DNA of 64,000 nucleotides from an uncultured Bacteroidales bacterium (lineage in GTDB: Bacteria > Bacteroidota > Bacteroidia > Bacteroidales > Bacteroidaceae), in the NCBI GenBank assembly GCA_902779315.1, contig CACZBC010000004.1, positions 33,506 through 97,505 of the forward strand. Direction: 5' to 3'. The stretch's first letter is position 1; each line of letters opens with the position of its first letter. Below the pieces are notes generated by a model. It had not been told where the DNA came from and did no database searches. It saw nothing but the letters and a program-made list of their open reading frames with translations. Below, in pieces: positions 35,229 through 43,898 of this stretch. The translations under genes and the position numbers were made by a program.

Positions 35229-37340
35229 TTACTCCTTGATCTTCCTGAGCACGCAGGCGGTGCGGGTGGGCAAGTAGAGCTTGAGCCAGCCCTTGTTGTC
35301 GCGGGCCAGATGGTGGTCGTAGACGGTGTAGTGGATGAGCTTGTCATCGTTGAAGCCGTTGCCGCCGAAGTCGGGGTTGTCGGTGTTCAGGATGTACTCG
35401 TAGGCGCCCTGCTCGACCATGAACCCGTAGTCGCAATAGCTGCTGAAGGGGTTGAAGTTGAAGAAGAACAGGAGGTCTCCGCGACGGAATGCCAGCACTT
35501 GGTCTCCATCGTTGTGCCAAATCTCCACCACAGCCTGCTTCTCGAAGCTGCGGTACTTCTTCAGCGTCTTGATCATCTGGCGGTCGAAGTCGCCCAGATA
35601 GTGGTAACAGAGTTCCTTGTTGTCCACCAGATTCCACTGGCGACGGGCATATTTGTAGCTCCAGCCGTTACCCTCGCGTGGGAAGTCGACCCATTCGGGA
35701 TGGCCGAACTCGTTGCCCATGAAGTTGAGGTAGCCGCCGTTGATGGTGCCCAGCGTGACGAGACGGATCATCTTGTGGAGGGCTATGCCGCGGTTCACGG
35801 TGGAGTTCTCGTCGCCCTTCTTGAAGTGCCAGTACATGTCTGCGTCGATGAGACGGAAGATGATGGTCTTGTCGCCCACCAGCGCCTGATCGTGGCTCTC
35901 GCAGTAGGAGATGGTCTTCTCGTCACGACGACGGTTCGTGAGCTCCCAGAAGATGGAACTGGGTTTCCAATCTTCATCGCGCAGCTCCTTGATAATCTTT
36001 ATCCAGTAGTCGGGGATGTTCATGGCGAGACGGTAGTTGAAGCCGTAGCCTCCGTCCTTCATGGGCAGGGCCAGTCCGGGCATTCCGCTCACTTCCTCGG
36101 CAATGGTGATGGCGTTCTTGTTGACGGCATGAATGAGCTCGTTGGCAAGGGTGAGATAGGTGATGGCGTCACCATCCTGATGGCCGTTGTAGTAGTCTCC
36201 GTAGCTCATGAAGCTCTCGCCCAGTCCGTGACTGTAGTAGAGCATGGAGGTGACTCCGTCGAAGCGGAAGCCGTCGAAGCGGAACTCCTCGAGCCAGTAC
36301 TTGCAGTTGCTAAGTAGGAAATGGAGTACCTCGTTCTTGCCATAGTCGAAGCAGAGGCTGTCCCAAGCCGGATGCTCGCGGCGGTCTCCCTGGTTGAAGT
36401 ACTGGCAGGGGTCGCCTGCGAAGTTGGCCAGACCCTCCACCTCGTTCTTCACAGCGTGACTGTGCACGATGTCCATCACGACTGCTATGCCCATGCTGTG
36501 AGCCTTATCCACGAGGGATTTCAGCTCGTCGGGTGTGCCGAAGCGGGAGCTGGGTGCGAAGAAGCTGCTCACATGATAGCCGAAGCTGCCGTAGTAGGGA
36601 TGCTCCTGGATGGCCATAATCTGGATGCAGTTGTATCCGTCGGCAGCCACGCGGGGCAGGATGTTGTCGCGGAACTCAGCATAGGTGCCGACGCCCTCTT
36701 TGTCCTGAGCCATACCGATGTGGCACTCGTAGATGAGCAGCGGGTTTGTGGTGGGGCGGAACTTCTCCGTCTTCCACTGGAAGGCTTCCTTGGGGTCCCA
36801 CACTTGTGCCGAGAAGATGTGTGTCTCGTCGTCCTGCACTACGCGCGTTGCCCATGCGGGGATGCGTTCTCCCTGGCCTCCTTCCCAATGCACAATGAGC
36901 TTGTAGAGGCTGCCGTGCTTGAAACTCTTGTTCTTGATCTTGATTTCCCAGTTGCCATTGCTGCCCTTGACGCGCTTCATGGCGTAGCGTGGGCTTTCCG
37001 TCCACTTGTTGAAGTCGCCCACCACATAGATTTCGGTGGCGTTGGGAGCCCATTCACGCAGCACATATCCCTCCTCCGTCTTGTGCAGTCCGAAGTAGAG
37101 ATAGCCGCTGGCAAACTCGCTGAGGTTGTTTGTGCCGCCAGTCAGTTCGGCCATTTTGCGCACGGCCTGATCATGACGTCCGTTGATGGCATCTGCAAAG
37201 TCCTGCAGTCCCTGGTCATTCTTGATGAGGCGCAACACGGGAGCCTCCTGAGGGGCTTTTACCTTAACTCTGGTTGAAGCTTTCTTCTTAGTGGTTCTCT
37301 TGGTCTCCTTTGCGGAAACTTTTTCTTTTGTACGAGCCAT
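35229..37340 (-). CDS. glgB: 1,4-alpha-glucan branching enzyme (GH13)
   Basis: GH13 catalytic regions DGFRFDGVTSM, AEEVSGMPG and CESHDQ. Has a Lys-rich N-terminal extension. Confidence 0.9.
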   Translation of the reverse strand: MARTKEKVSAKETKRTTKKKASTRVKVKAPQEAPVLRLIKNDQGLQDFADAINGRHDQAVRKMAELTGGTNNLSEFASGYLYFGLHKTEEGYVLREWAPNATEIYVVGDFNKWTESPRYAMKRVKGSNGNWEIKIKNKSFKHGSLYKLIVHWEGGQGERIPAWATRVVQDDETHIFSAQVWDPKEAFQWKTEKFRPTTNPLLIYECHIGMAQDKEGVGTYAEFRDNILPRVAADGYNCIQIMAIQEHPYYGSFGYHVSSFFAPSSRFGTPDELKSLVDKAHSMGIAVVMDIVHSHAVKNEVEGLANFAGDPCQYFNQGDRREHPAWDSLCFDYGKNEVLHFLLSNCKYWLEEFRFDGFRFDGVTSMLYYSHGLGESFMSYGDYYNGHQDGDAITYLTLANELIHAVNKNAITIAEEVSGMPGLALPMKDGGYGFNYRLAMNIPDYWIKIIKELRDEDWKPSSIFWELTNRRRDEKTISYCESHDQALVGDKTIIFRLIDADMYWHFKKGDENSTVNRGIALHKMIRLVTLGTINGGYLNFMGNEFGHPEWVDFPREGNGWSYKYARRQWNLVDNKELCYHYLGDFDRQMIKTLKKYRSFEKQAVVEIWHNDGDQVLAFRRGDLLFFFNFNPFSSYCDYGFMVEQGAYEYILNTDNPDFGGNGFNDDKLIHYTVYDHHLARDNKGWLKLYLPTRTACVLRKIKE

Positions 37341-37351
37341 TATTGTGTGAT

Positions 37352-38488
37352 TTAGTTAGTGTCGAATAACGTGCTGACAGCTATTCCATCCTGATAAACA
37401 ACCTTGCGTAGCAGCTGGCCTGTCTTATCTTTCTCCAGGAATTCACCATTCTTCTTGTCCGCCGTGAAGTTGCCCTCATAGCGTATGCCGTCGGCATCTT
37501 CCAGGATGCCTTTTCCTTCTTTCATTCCATTGCGGAAAGTGCCTTTGAAGCGGACGCCGTCTGCCTGGCGCAGGATGCCCTCGCCATTCAGCTGTCCGTC
37601 TTTCCACTGTCCGTCGTACTCATCGCCGTTTCCCCAGCGGTACTTGCCCTGTCCATCCTGCTTGTTGTGGCGCCATTGTCCTACATAGCTGGCTCCTGTA
37701 TGCCACGAGAATGTCCCCATGCCGTCCTGCTCGCCTCCGCTGAAATGGCCCACATACTTGTCGCCATTGGCAAAGGTGAAGATGCCTTCGCCTGTGCGCT
37801 GCCCATGGACATACTGGCCCTCGTAGCGGCTGCCGTCAGCAAAGTTGAAGATGCCGCGCCCATGCTGCTGGTCGTCTGCCCAGTCGCCCGTGTAGCTGTC
37901 GCCTGTGGAATAGGTGAAAGTGCCCTTGCCGTGCTTCTGGTTCTCCCTCCAGGAGCCCTCGTATCGGTTGCCGTCCATCCAGTCGAAGACACCCTGACCG
38001 TCTTTCATGTCGTTCTTCCACTGGCCTTCGTAGTAGGCACCTCCCTGGGCGTATGTGTATTTGCCGGTTCCCTCGCGCTTGTCCTGCATCCAGGCTCCCA
38101 CGTAGGTGTCGCCGTTGTAGTAGTACATGGTGCCGAGACCTTGCTGGTAATCCTTGAACCAAAGACCTTCGTATCGGTTGTTGTTGGAGAAATAGTAGAT
38201 ACCCTTGCCGTGTTGCTGGTCCTGGAACCACTCTCCCTCGTACTTCTCTCCGTCGGCAAACTGGTAGATTCCCCTACCCTGGCGCTTGCCCTTGACGTAT
38301 TCCCCCTCGTGCCAGTCGCCATTGGGATAGACAGTCTTGCCCGTTCCGTAGGGCTTTCCCTTCAACATCTCCCCCTGGTATTCTCCGCCACCGGGGAAAG
38401 TGTAGTTGCCTATCTTGATCTGCTGAGCCTGTAGGCCTAAGCAAGAGAGGGTAAGTATGATATATAGCGAGAAAGCAAGATGCTTCAT
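37352..38488 (-). CDS. secreted MORN-repeat protein
   Basis: Start set at MKHLAFSLYIILTLSCLGLQA. More than 12 tandem YxGxWxxxxxxGxG MORN units. Confidence 0.85.
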   Translation of the reverse strand: MKHLAFSLYIILTLSCLGLQAQQIKIGNYTFPGGGEYQGEMLKGKPYGTGKTVYPNGDWHEGEYVKGKRQGRGIYQFADGEKYEGEWFQDQQHGKGIYYFSNNNRYEGLWFKDYQQGLGTMYYYNGDTYVGAWMQDKREGTGKYTYAQGGAYYEGQWKNDMKDGQGVFDWMDGNRYEGSWRENQKHGKGTFTYSTGDSYTGDWADDQQHGRGIFNFADGSRYEGQYVHGQRTGEGIFTFANGDKYVGHFSGGEQDGMGTFSWHTGASYVGQWRHNKQDGQGKYRWGNGDEYDGQWKDGQLNGEGILRQADGVRFKGTFRNGMKEGKGILEDADGIRYEGNFTADKKNGEFLEKDKTGQLLRKVVYQDGIAVSTLFDTN

Positions 38489-38509
38489 TATAGTCAAATT
38501 ATTTGCGCG

Positions 38510-38517
38510 CAAAGGTA
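38510..38517 (-). promoter_or_regulatory. -7 promoter box TAccTTTG
   Basis: TAnnTTTG match 21 nt upstream of the ATG at 38488. Confidence 0.55.
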
Positions 38518-38597
38518 CGACAAATATTTGAATCCTGCAAATAAACGTTCTTAAACCTTGTTAAGAAGCCCGGTGCTGACACCTTTTATTGAGTTTC

Positions 38598-40175
38598 TTA
38601 CTTCTTTTGGGACTGAACCTTATTGTATTTCTTATCATATTTCTCCCAAAGCTTCTTCTTCGCCGCCAGTTCCTTCTGCCTGGCAGTGCTTTCGCGTGCT
38701 GCCTTATCGGCTGCCGCTTCATCCTCCGGAGAGGCATAAGCATGACGGAATCCTTGCTGTTCGTTCCATCCTCCACGAGTGAAATCGGGGAAAGACACAG
38801 CAGCACAGCCATTATCCATGCTCAAGGCACCAAGTTCAGCCAAAGCACACCACTCTGCCAAGTCATAGACATCAATGTCCAGAGGCAAACCGTTCTGCAG
38901 ACAATACACCAGTCGGGCATCCATCGTATAGTCCATGCCTCCATGACCGAACTCGCGGCCCAAGTCGCCGAACTTCTTCAGGATGGGATGATAGTATTGT
39001 TTCATCAGGGCATCATACTCTTCCTTTGGCAGGAAGTTGTGTCCTGATATCTTGCCCGCCATCTCAGCAAGTCCCATGCTGTTGGCGCTCTTCTTGCTGA
39101 TATATATCTTCGGGTCGGGATATTTCGTGCAGTAGCCCGTCATACCTGTAAGCTTGTACATGCGGTCGTAGGGCTGAGGACTCATCACGTTGTGCTGAAT
39201 CTCCATAACCTTTCCCTTCTCTGTTCGCATGAGTGTGGTGGTGTGGTCGCCGTTGCGGAAGTAATCACATTCCTTGCCTGTCACTTCCTTGTATCCTTCA
39301 CGTCCGCAGAAGCTCTCTGTATCCATAGCGATAAGTGTCTTGATGCGATCGCCACGATGTATGTTCAGAGCCTGAGCTATGGGGCCAAGTCCGTGTGTGG
39401 CATAAATGTCGCCTCTATTTTCCTTGTTGTATTTCAGGCGCCAATGAAGTCCTTCGGGGTCGGAGCCGTCGGGATTCTGCCAATATCCCTTCCAGATGTT
39501 TGCCTCGTTCAGGGTGTGTATGTATGCACCTTCTGCACGGATTATCTCGCCGAAAAGACCCTGCTGAGCCATATTCAGGGCGCACATCTCATAATAATCA
39601 TAGCAACAATTCTCCAGCAACATACAATGCAAGCGATTCTTTTCGCTCAGGTCAATAAGTTCCCAACACTGCTCGAGGTTCATGACGCTTGGCACTTCAA
39701 TTGCCGCATGCTTGCCGTTTTCCAAAGCACATTTGGCAATGGGGAAATGATGGTCCCAATCCGTGGCGACGTATATCAGGTCGATATCCTTTCGCTTGCA
39801 CATGTCAACGTATCCCGTTTCCCCGCTATAGATGTCAGCAGGAGGCAGACCAACCTCTCTCAGGTACTTCTGGGCATCCCTCGCACGCTCTTCCTCATAA
39901 TCACAAAGAGCGACAATCTGTACGCCGGGAATATGACAATAACGTTTCACAGCCCAAGGCCCACGACTGCCAAGACCCGCGAATCCCACCCTGACGGTCT
40001 CCAATTTGGGAGTGGTAAGACGAAGAGCTGACTTCTGTCCTGCAGGACGAGATGGCGTGTCCACAACGATAGTTCCCTTTTCCCAATGCCATTTTGTACT
40101 GGGACTTGTACTCTGAGCAAAAATAGCTGTGCTGACAGAAAGGATTGCCAGGCAAAATAAACGACGTAATTTCAT
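38598..40175 (-). CDS. secreted Gfo/Idh/MocA-family oxidoreductase-fold protein (GH109-like)
   Basis: Start set at MKLRRLFCLAILSVSTAIFAQ. Rossmann motif VGFAGLGSRG. Lys-rich C-terminal tail of about 45 aa. Confidence 0.75.
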   Translation of the reverse strand: MKLRRLFCLAILSVSTAIFAQSTSPSTKWHWEKGTIVVDTPSRPAGQKSALRLTTPKLETVRVGFAGLGSRGPWAVKRYCHIPGVQIVALCDYEEERARDAQKYLREVGLPPADIYSGETGYVDMCKRKDIDLIYVATDWDHHFPIAKCALENGKHAAIEVPSVMNLEQCWELIDLSEKNRLHCMLLENCCYDYYEMCALNMAQQGLFGEIIRAEGAYIHTLNEANIWKGYWQNPDGSDPEGLHWRLKYNKENRGDIYATHGLGPIAQALNIHRGDRIKTLIAMDTESFCGREGYKEVTGKECDYFRNGDHTTTLMRTEKGKVMEIQHNVMSPQPYDRMYKLTGMTGYCTKYPDPKIYISKKSANSMGLAEMAGKISGHNFLPKEEYDALMKQYYHPILKKFGDLGREFGHGGMDYTMDARLVYCLQNGLPLDIDVYDLAEWCALAELGALSMDNGCAAVSFPDFTRGGWNEQQGFRHAYASPEDEAAADKAARESTARQKELAAKKKLWEKYDKKYNKVQSQKK

Positions 40176-40204
40176 ATTAAATAAAGTATTAGGGGGTAAG
40201 TTTA

Positions 40205-41941
40205 TCAATCGAACGAAAGCTGCAACTGGCTGACAAGTTCACCCACACCCGGATTCTGCTCTTGCATCACCTTGAGCATCTCGGGCTCGCTGTACGACTT
40301 CACAACCTCCTGAATCTCTTCCAGTTTGGTCTCCAAACGGAACTCCATGTTGCGAAGAGACTGGCGCATGAAACTGAGAATCTGAGGCATCTGCCCCTCC
40401 ACAGTCTGCTGGATTTGAGGGTTGCTCACAGTCAGGGTGGCGGTATTGTCATCCTTGACGATGGGCTGGAGCCCTTTGAACCTTTGAGCCAGGGCAACAC
40501 TCTCGTGAGGCAGAGAGTCTATGAAGCCATACCAAGCCGCAGTAAGCCTCTCTTTGTCAATGGGTTCCGAGCCGACCATCTCCTCCAAAGGAGCGGAAGC
40601 AGCAGCCTTCTCCTCCTCCTTTTTGCCGGCTCCGAAGTGCTTGAAGGAAACCTTTGGCAGCTTCTTTGGTGCGGCAGGTTCGGAAACTTGCTGTGGTTTG
40701 TTCTCAATCGTGGCAGCCTTAGTTTCCGTTTTTGGCACGTTAACTTTGGCAACTTCACTGGCCTTGTCTGCAGGTTTGGCAGGCTCCGTTTTCTTGATGG
40801 GTTTGATTGTCTGGACAGGGCCATGCCCGGAAGCATCCGCGCTGTCAGGTTCCGCCAGCTGCGCACACTGGATGAGGCAAATCTCCACCTGCAGCCTCTT
40901 GTTGCGGCTGGTGCGATAAGCCTGGTCACAGTCGTTGGCGAGCTTCAAGGCCTTATAAATGAAGCGGATGGGAGTGCGCTGGGCCTGCTCCTGATAGTGA
41001 GCGCGCATCTTGTCGCTCATCTCAAGCAGAGGAAGCGTCACAGCATCCCTGCTGACGAGCAAATTACGCATATGAGTGGCCAGTCCTGCCACAAAATTAC
41101 CTCCGTCGAAACCCTTCTGCAACACTTCATTCAGTAGAAGCAGGCAATCCGAAACCTTCGAAGCAAGGAAGTAGTCCACAAGCTTGAAGTAGTACTCCTG
41201 GCTGAGGACATTCAGGTTCTGGCAAACATTCTCGTACGTCAGGTTTCCACCCGAGAAGCTTACCATCTGGTCGAAGATGGAGAGGGCATCGCGCATGCCT
41301 CCGTCAGCCTTTTCCGCAATCAGGGAAAGTGCCTCGGGCTCTGCTTTGTAACCCTCCTTCTCGGCCACATACTTCAGGTGGTCGATGGTGTTCTGGGTGG
41401 TCATCCGCTGGAAGTCATACACCTGGCAGCGGCTCAAGATGGTGGGCAGAATCTTGTGCTTCTCAGTCGTGCAGAGGATGAAGATGACGTAGGAAGGCGG
41501 TTCCTCCAAAGTCTTCAGGAAAGCATTGAAGGCAGACGGGGAAAGCATGTGCACCTCGTCTATGATGAACACCTTGTACTTGCCCGTCTGTGGCGGGATG
41601 AGCACCTGCTTGCAAAGCTCGCGGATGTCGTCCACCGAGTTGTTGCTGGCAGCATCAAGCTCATGGATGTTCATGCTGCGCTGCTGGTCGAAGGCCTGGC
41701 AACTCTCGCACTCACCACAAGGCTCTCCGCCTTCTTGAAGATTGAAGCAGTTGATGGCCTTTGCAAAGATACGCGCGCAAGTGGTCTTGCCCACACCACG
41801 AGGACCGCAGAAAAGATAGGCATGAGCCAACTTCCCACTGCTGATAGCATTCTTCAACGTGGTAGTCAATGACCGCTGACCCACAACAGAGTCGAAGTTG
41901 AGCGGACGGTATTTCAGCGCAGAAACTATGTATTCTTCCAT
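40205..41941 (-). CDS. dnaX: DNA polymerase III subunit gamma/tau
   Basis: Walker A GPRGVGKTT, IIDEVHML, and a zinc module CGECESC. The C-terminal half is low-complexity. Confidence 0.93.
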   Translation of the reverse strand: MEEYIVSALKYRPLNFDSVVGQRSLTTTLKNAISSGKLAHAYLFCGPRGVGKTTCARIFAKAINCFNLQEGGEPCGECESCQAFDQQRSMNIHELDAASNNSVDDIRELCKQVLIPPQTGKYKVFIIDEVHMLSPSAFNAFLKTLEEPPSYVIFILCTTEKHKILPTILSRCQVYDFQRMTTQNTIDHLKYVAEKEGYKAEPEALSLIAEKADGGMRDALSIFDQMVSFSGGNLTYENVCQNLNVLSQEYYFKLVDYFLASKVSDCLLLLNEVLQKGFDGGNFVAGLATHMRNLLVSRDAVTLPLLEMSDKMRAHYQEQAQRTPIRFIYKALKLANDCDQAYRTSRNKRLQVEICLIQCAQLAEPDSADASGHGPVQTIKPIKKTEPAKPADKASEVAKVNVPKTETKAATIENKPQQVSEPAAPKKLPKVSFKHFGAGKKEEEKAAASAPLEEMVGSEPIDKERLTAAWYGFIDSLPHESVALAQRFKGLQPIVKDDNTATLTVSNPQIQQTVEGQMPQILSFMRQSLRNMEFRLETKLEEIQEVVKSYSEPEMLKVMQEQNPGVGELVSQLQLSFD

Positions 41942-41960
41942 ATACCTTATATATTTTGTG

Positions 41961-41968
41961 CAAAGATA
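41961..41968 (-). promoter_or_regulatory. -7 promoter box TAtcTTTG for dnaX
   Basis: TAnnTTTG match 19 nt upstream of the ATG at 41941. Confidence 0.55.
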
Positions 41969-41978
41969 CGAAAAAAAG

Positions 41979-42008
41979 TGAAAAGTGAAAAGTGAAAAAT
42001 GAAAAATT
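41979..42008. repeat. heptamer microsatellite (GTGAAAA)n
   Basis: GTGAAAA GTGAAAA GTGAAAA ATGAAAA ATT, between divergent promoters. Same heptamer as at 2221-2248. Confidence 0.95.
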
Positions 42009-42013
42009 ATTTG

Positions 42014-42021
42014 TACTTTTG
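42014..42021 (+). promoter_or_regulatory. -7 promoter box TActTTTG
   Basis: TAnnTTTG match 24 nt upstream of the ATG at 42046. Confidence 0.55.
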
Positions 42022-42045
42022 CACAAAAATATACACAGTCATCCG

Positions 42046-42387
42046 ATGAGCAAAATACATTCCGCCTGGCTTTTCATGTGCAGGCACAAATATATCATCA
42101 CAATCCTCCTCATCGTGCTCATTGTGGGCATAGTGGACGAAGACAGCTTCCTGAACCGCCATCCGCGCAGGGTTCGCATAGACATGCTGCGCCAGGAGAT
42201 TGCCAACTACAAGCAACAGTTCAAAGAGGCGGACAGCAAGATACGCGAGCTGGAGACCAATCCCAAGGCTGTGGAGAAGATTGCACGCGAACGCTATCAC
42301 ATGAAACGTGCTGACGAGGATGTCTTTGTCTTTGTGAGCGACAAAGAGGAAAACAGCGAGGAACCGGCCGAAACAGACGAGGAATGA
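42046..42387 (+). CDS. FtsB/DivIC-type septum formation initiator
   Basis: One N-terminal TM helix, a coiled coil, then ARERYHMKRADEDVFVF. Confidence 0.7.
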   Translation: MSKIHSAWLFMCRHKYIITILLIVLIVGIVDEDSFLNRHPRRVRIDMLRQEIANYKQQFKEADSKIRELETNPKAVEKIARERYHMKRADEDVFVFVSDKEENSEEPAETDEE

Positions 42388-42749
42388 GAGAGTTGACACC
42401 CCTACAGAACATCTGTTTCCGCACAGGAGCAGTCCTCATGCTCATCGGAGCCGCCATATATATAATGTATCCGATGGTGGGAATGTATGTCTTCGGCATA
42501 GGCACCCTGATGTTCTCCCTGATGCAACTGAAGACGGAATACCTGGGACGCAGCATCACGCTGATCCGTCTGCGCCGCCAACAAATGCTGGCCTGTTGCT
42601 GCTTTGTGCTCACGCTGGTCATGATGAGCATGCAACAACACCAATGGGGCCCTTTCCGCAGGCAGGAATGGGTAGTCGCCCTGACTATAGGCTGCGTACT
42701 TGAACTCTACACAAGTTTCCGTATTCCGCAGGAACTGAAGAAGGAATAA
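42384..42749 (+). CDS. small integral membrane protein, unknown function
   Basis: 4-nt start/stop overlap with the upstream gene. Three to four hydrophobic helices. Confidence 0.55.
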   Translation: MRELTPLQNICFRTGAVLMLIGAAIYIMYPMVGMYVFGIGTLMFSLMQLKTEYLGRSITLIRLRRQQMLACCCFVLTLVMMSMQQHQWGPFRRQEWVVALTIGCVLELYTSFRIPQELKKE

Positions 42750-42784
42750 GCCGTTCTCCCTCTGGAAAAGAAGTCAGAAAGGGA

Positions 42785-43669
42785 CTAAGGCAGCATATTC
42801 CTGAACTTCAGGAATTGTTCGCTTTCCGTTTCGCCAAGGGCTGTCAAGATGTTGCAAATGGCTTCAGCATGCATGGTGCGAATCTTTCCGGTAAGCTGCA
42901 GTTGGGAATATCTCATCATCAGTCGGCGCGCCTCCTTCTCTGAAGCCTCGCTCAGGGCACCTTCTTTCTCCTTTTCTGCCAGCAGGCGTTCGCTGTCGGC
43001 AGTAAGCACACGTATTTTCTTGTAAGCTCTGGAGGTGTAGGAACCCGACTGTGAATCGGTGACGGTGGCAAACGCGAGGATCTGGATGTCATCCACCGGA
43101 ATCTTGGGAGTCCTGACTGCCAGCACATCGCCAAGGGGCACAATAACTCTTCCGCCCTCGTGTCCTTTCACACTTTCCAGGATGCCCTTGGTGCCAGCGA
43201 ACTTGCCTTCCAGGACGCAGACCACATCACTTATCATCAGGACTTTGCTGGAAGGTACGAAATAATCGGCCTCGCCATCCAGTCTGTCCACGGTCTGCCG
43301 CATCATCTGCACCTCTTCATCGGGGATGTATATGCATCCGGTAGGTGAAGAAGCAGGGTGCAGGAATCGCAGAGTAGCGTCGAAGGGAGGCTCTTGTCTG
43401 AGCTTGAGGATGTCCTCCTTTGTAGCCTGCAGGAAGATATAGTTGCCGGCGATGAGCCTTTTGCGTTCTATGGGTTTGTCATCAACGATGATTCGTGTCA
43501 CATCGAGCGGCACAAAAAAGTCGTGGATTCCTGTCTTAGGGCTCTCTTTCTTCTTGATTTCCAGGTCATCAAGAATGCCTACATCACCGCTGTTGCTGTA
43601 CATGACAAGCCACTCCAGCGGTTCTTTTTTTACTATTTGAGTGTCGGTATTAGGTTTCATTTTATGCAT
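42785..43669 (-). CDS. NusG/UpxY-like transcription factor paralogue with an extra C-terminal domain
   Basis: NGN-like N-terminus (WLVMYSN...FFVPL...IAGNYIFLQ), a KOW-like GDVVCVLEGKFAGTKGIL, then about 90 extra residues. The start may instead be the ATG at 43660. Confidence 0.6.
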   Translation of the reverse strand: MHKMKPNTDTQIVKKEPLEWLVMYSNSGDVGILDDLEIKKKESPKTGIHDFFVPLDVTRIIVDDKPIERKRLIAGNYIFLQATKEDILKLRQEPPFDATLRFLHPASSPTGCIYIPDEEVQMMRQTVDRLDGEADYFVPSSKVLMISDVVCVLEGKFAGTKGILESVKGHEGGRVIVPLGDVLAVRTPKIPVDDIQILAFATVTDSQSGSYTSRAYKKIRVLTADSERLLAEKEKEGALSEASEKEARRLMMRYSQLQLTGKIRTMHAEAICNILTALGETESEQFLKFRNMLP

Positions 43670-43677
43670 TCTGAATG

Positions 43678-43685
43678 CAAATTTA
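43678..43685 (-). promoter_or_regulatory. -7 promoter box TAaaTTTG
   Basis: TAnnTTTG match 8 or 17 nt upstream of the two candidate ATGs. Confidence 0.5.
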
Positions 43686-43724
43686 GCAAAAAGAATCCAA
43701 ACTTCCAAATGAAACGGGAAATAT

Positions 43725-43876
43725 CTTCACGCTAAAATGGCAAACATGGCACGTGATGTTTGCAATCGTCACACTAGTAAATGCCAAACTTCACACTAGT
43801 AAATGCCAAACTTCACACTAGTAAATGCCAATCGTCACACTAGTTAAATGCAATCGTGGCACGTGATGTTTGGGAT
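43725..43876. repeat. 22-bp-period tandem array (array f), seven units, best-preserved copy
   Basis: Units at 43745, 43767, 43789, 43811, 43833 and 43855. CTTCACACTAGTAAATGCCAA occurs twice, with CGTCACACTAGTAAATGCCAAA. Flanked by the direct repeat GGCACGTGATGTTTG (43748-62 and 43858-72). Confidence 0.95.
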
Positions 43877-43898
43877 TTACCTGTAGGTCGTTTGCAGA

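Noticed and set aside
38598-38740. Lys-rich tails on several proteins: the GH109-like C-terminus here, the GlgB N-terminus at 37200-37340 and the GH25 N-terminus.
   Set aside because: These are noted as a compositional quirk. They are short, low-complexity and unconnected to each other, so there is not enough evidence to propose a function.
40205-41941. Programmed -1 frameshift site in dnaX (E. coli-type A AAA AAG).
   Set aside because: The only similar stretch (GGC AAA AAG, near 40620 on the coding strand) lacks the full slippery heptamer, and I saw no downstream stem-loop.
43725-43876. Possibility that the 22-bp arrays are CRISPR arrays.
   Set aside because: Units abut each other with no unique spacers, the 22-bp period is too short, there are no cas genes in the window, and the arrays are scattered in many gene gaps.
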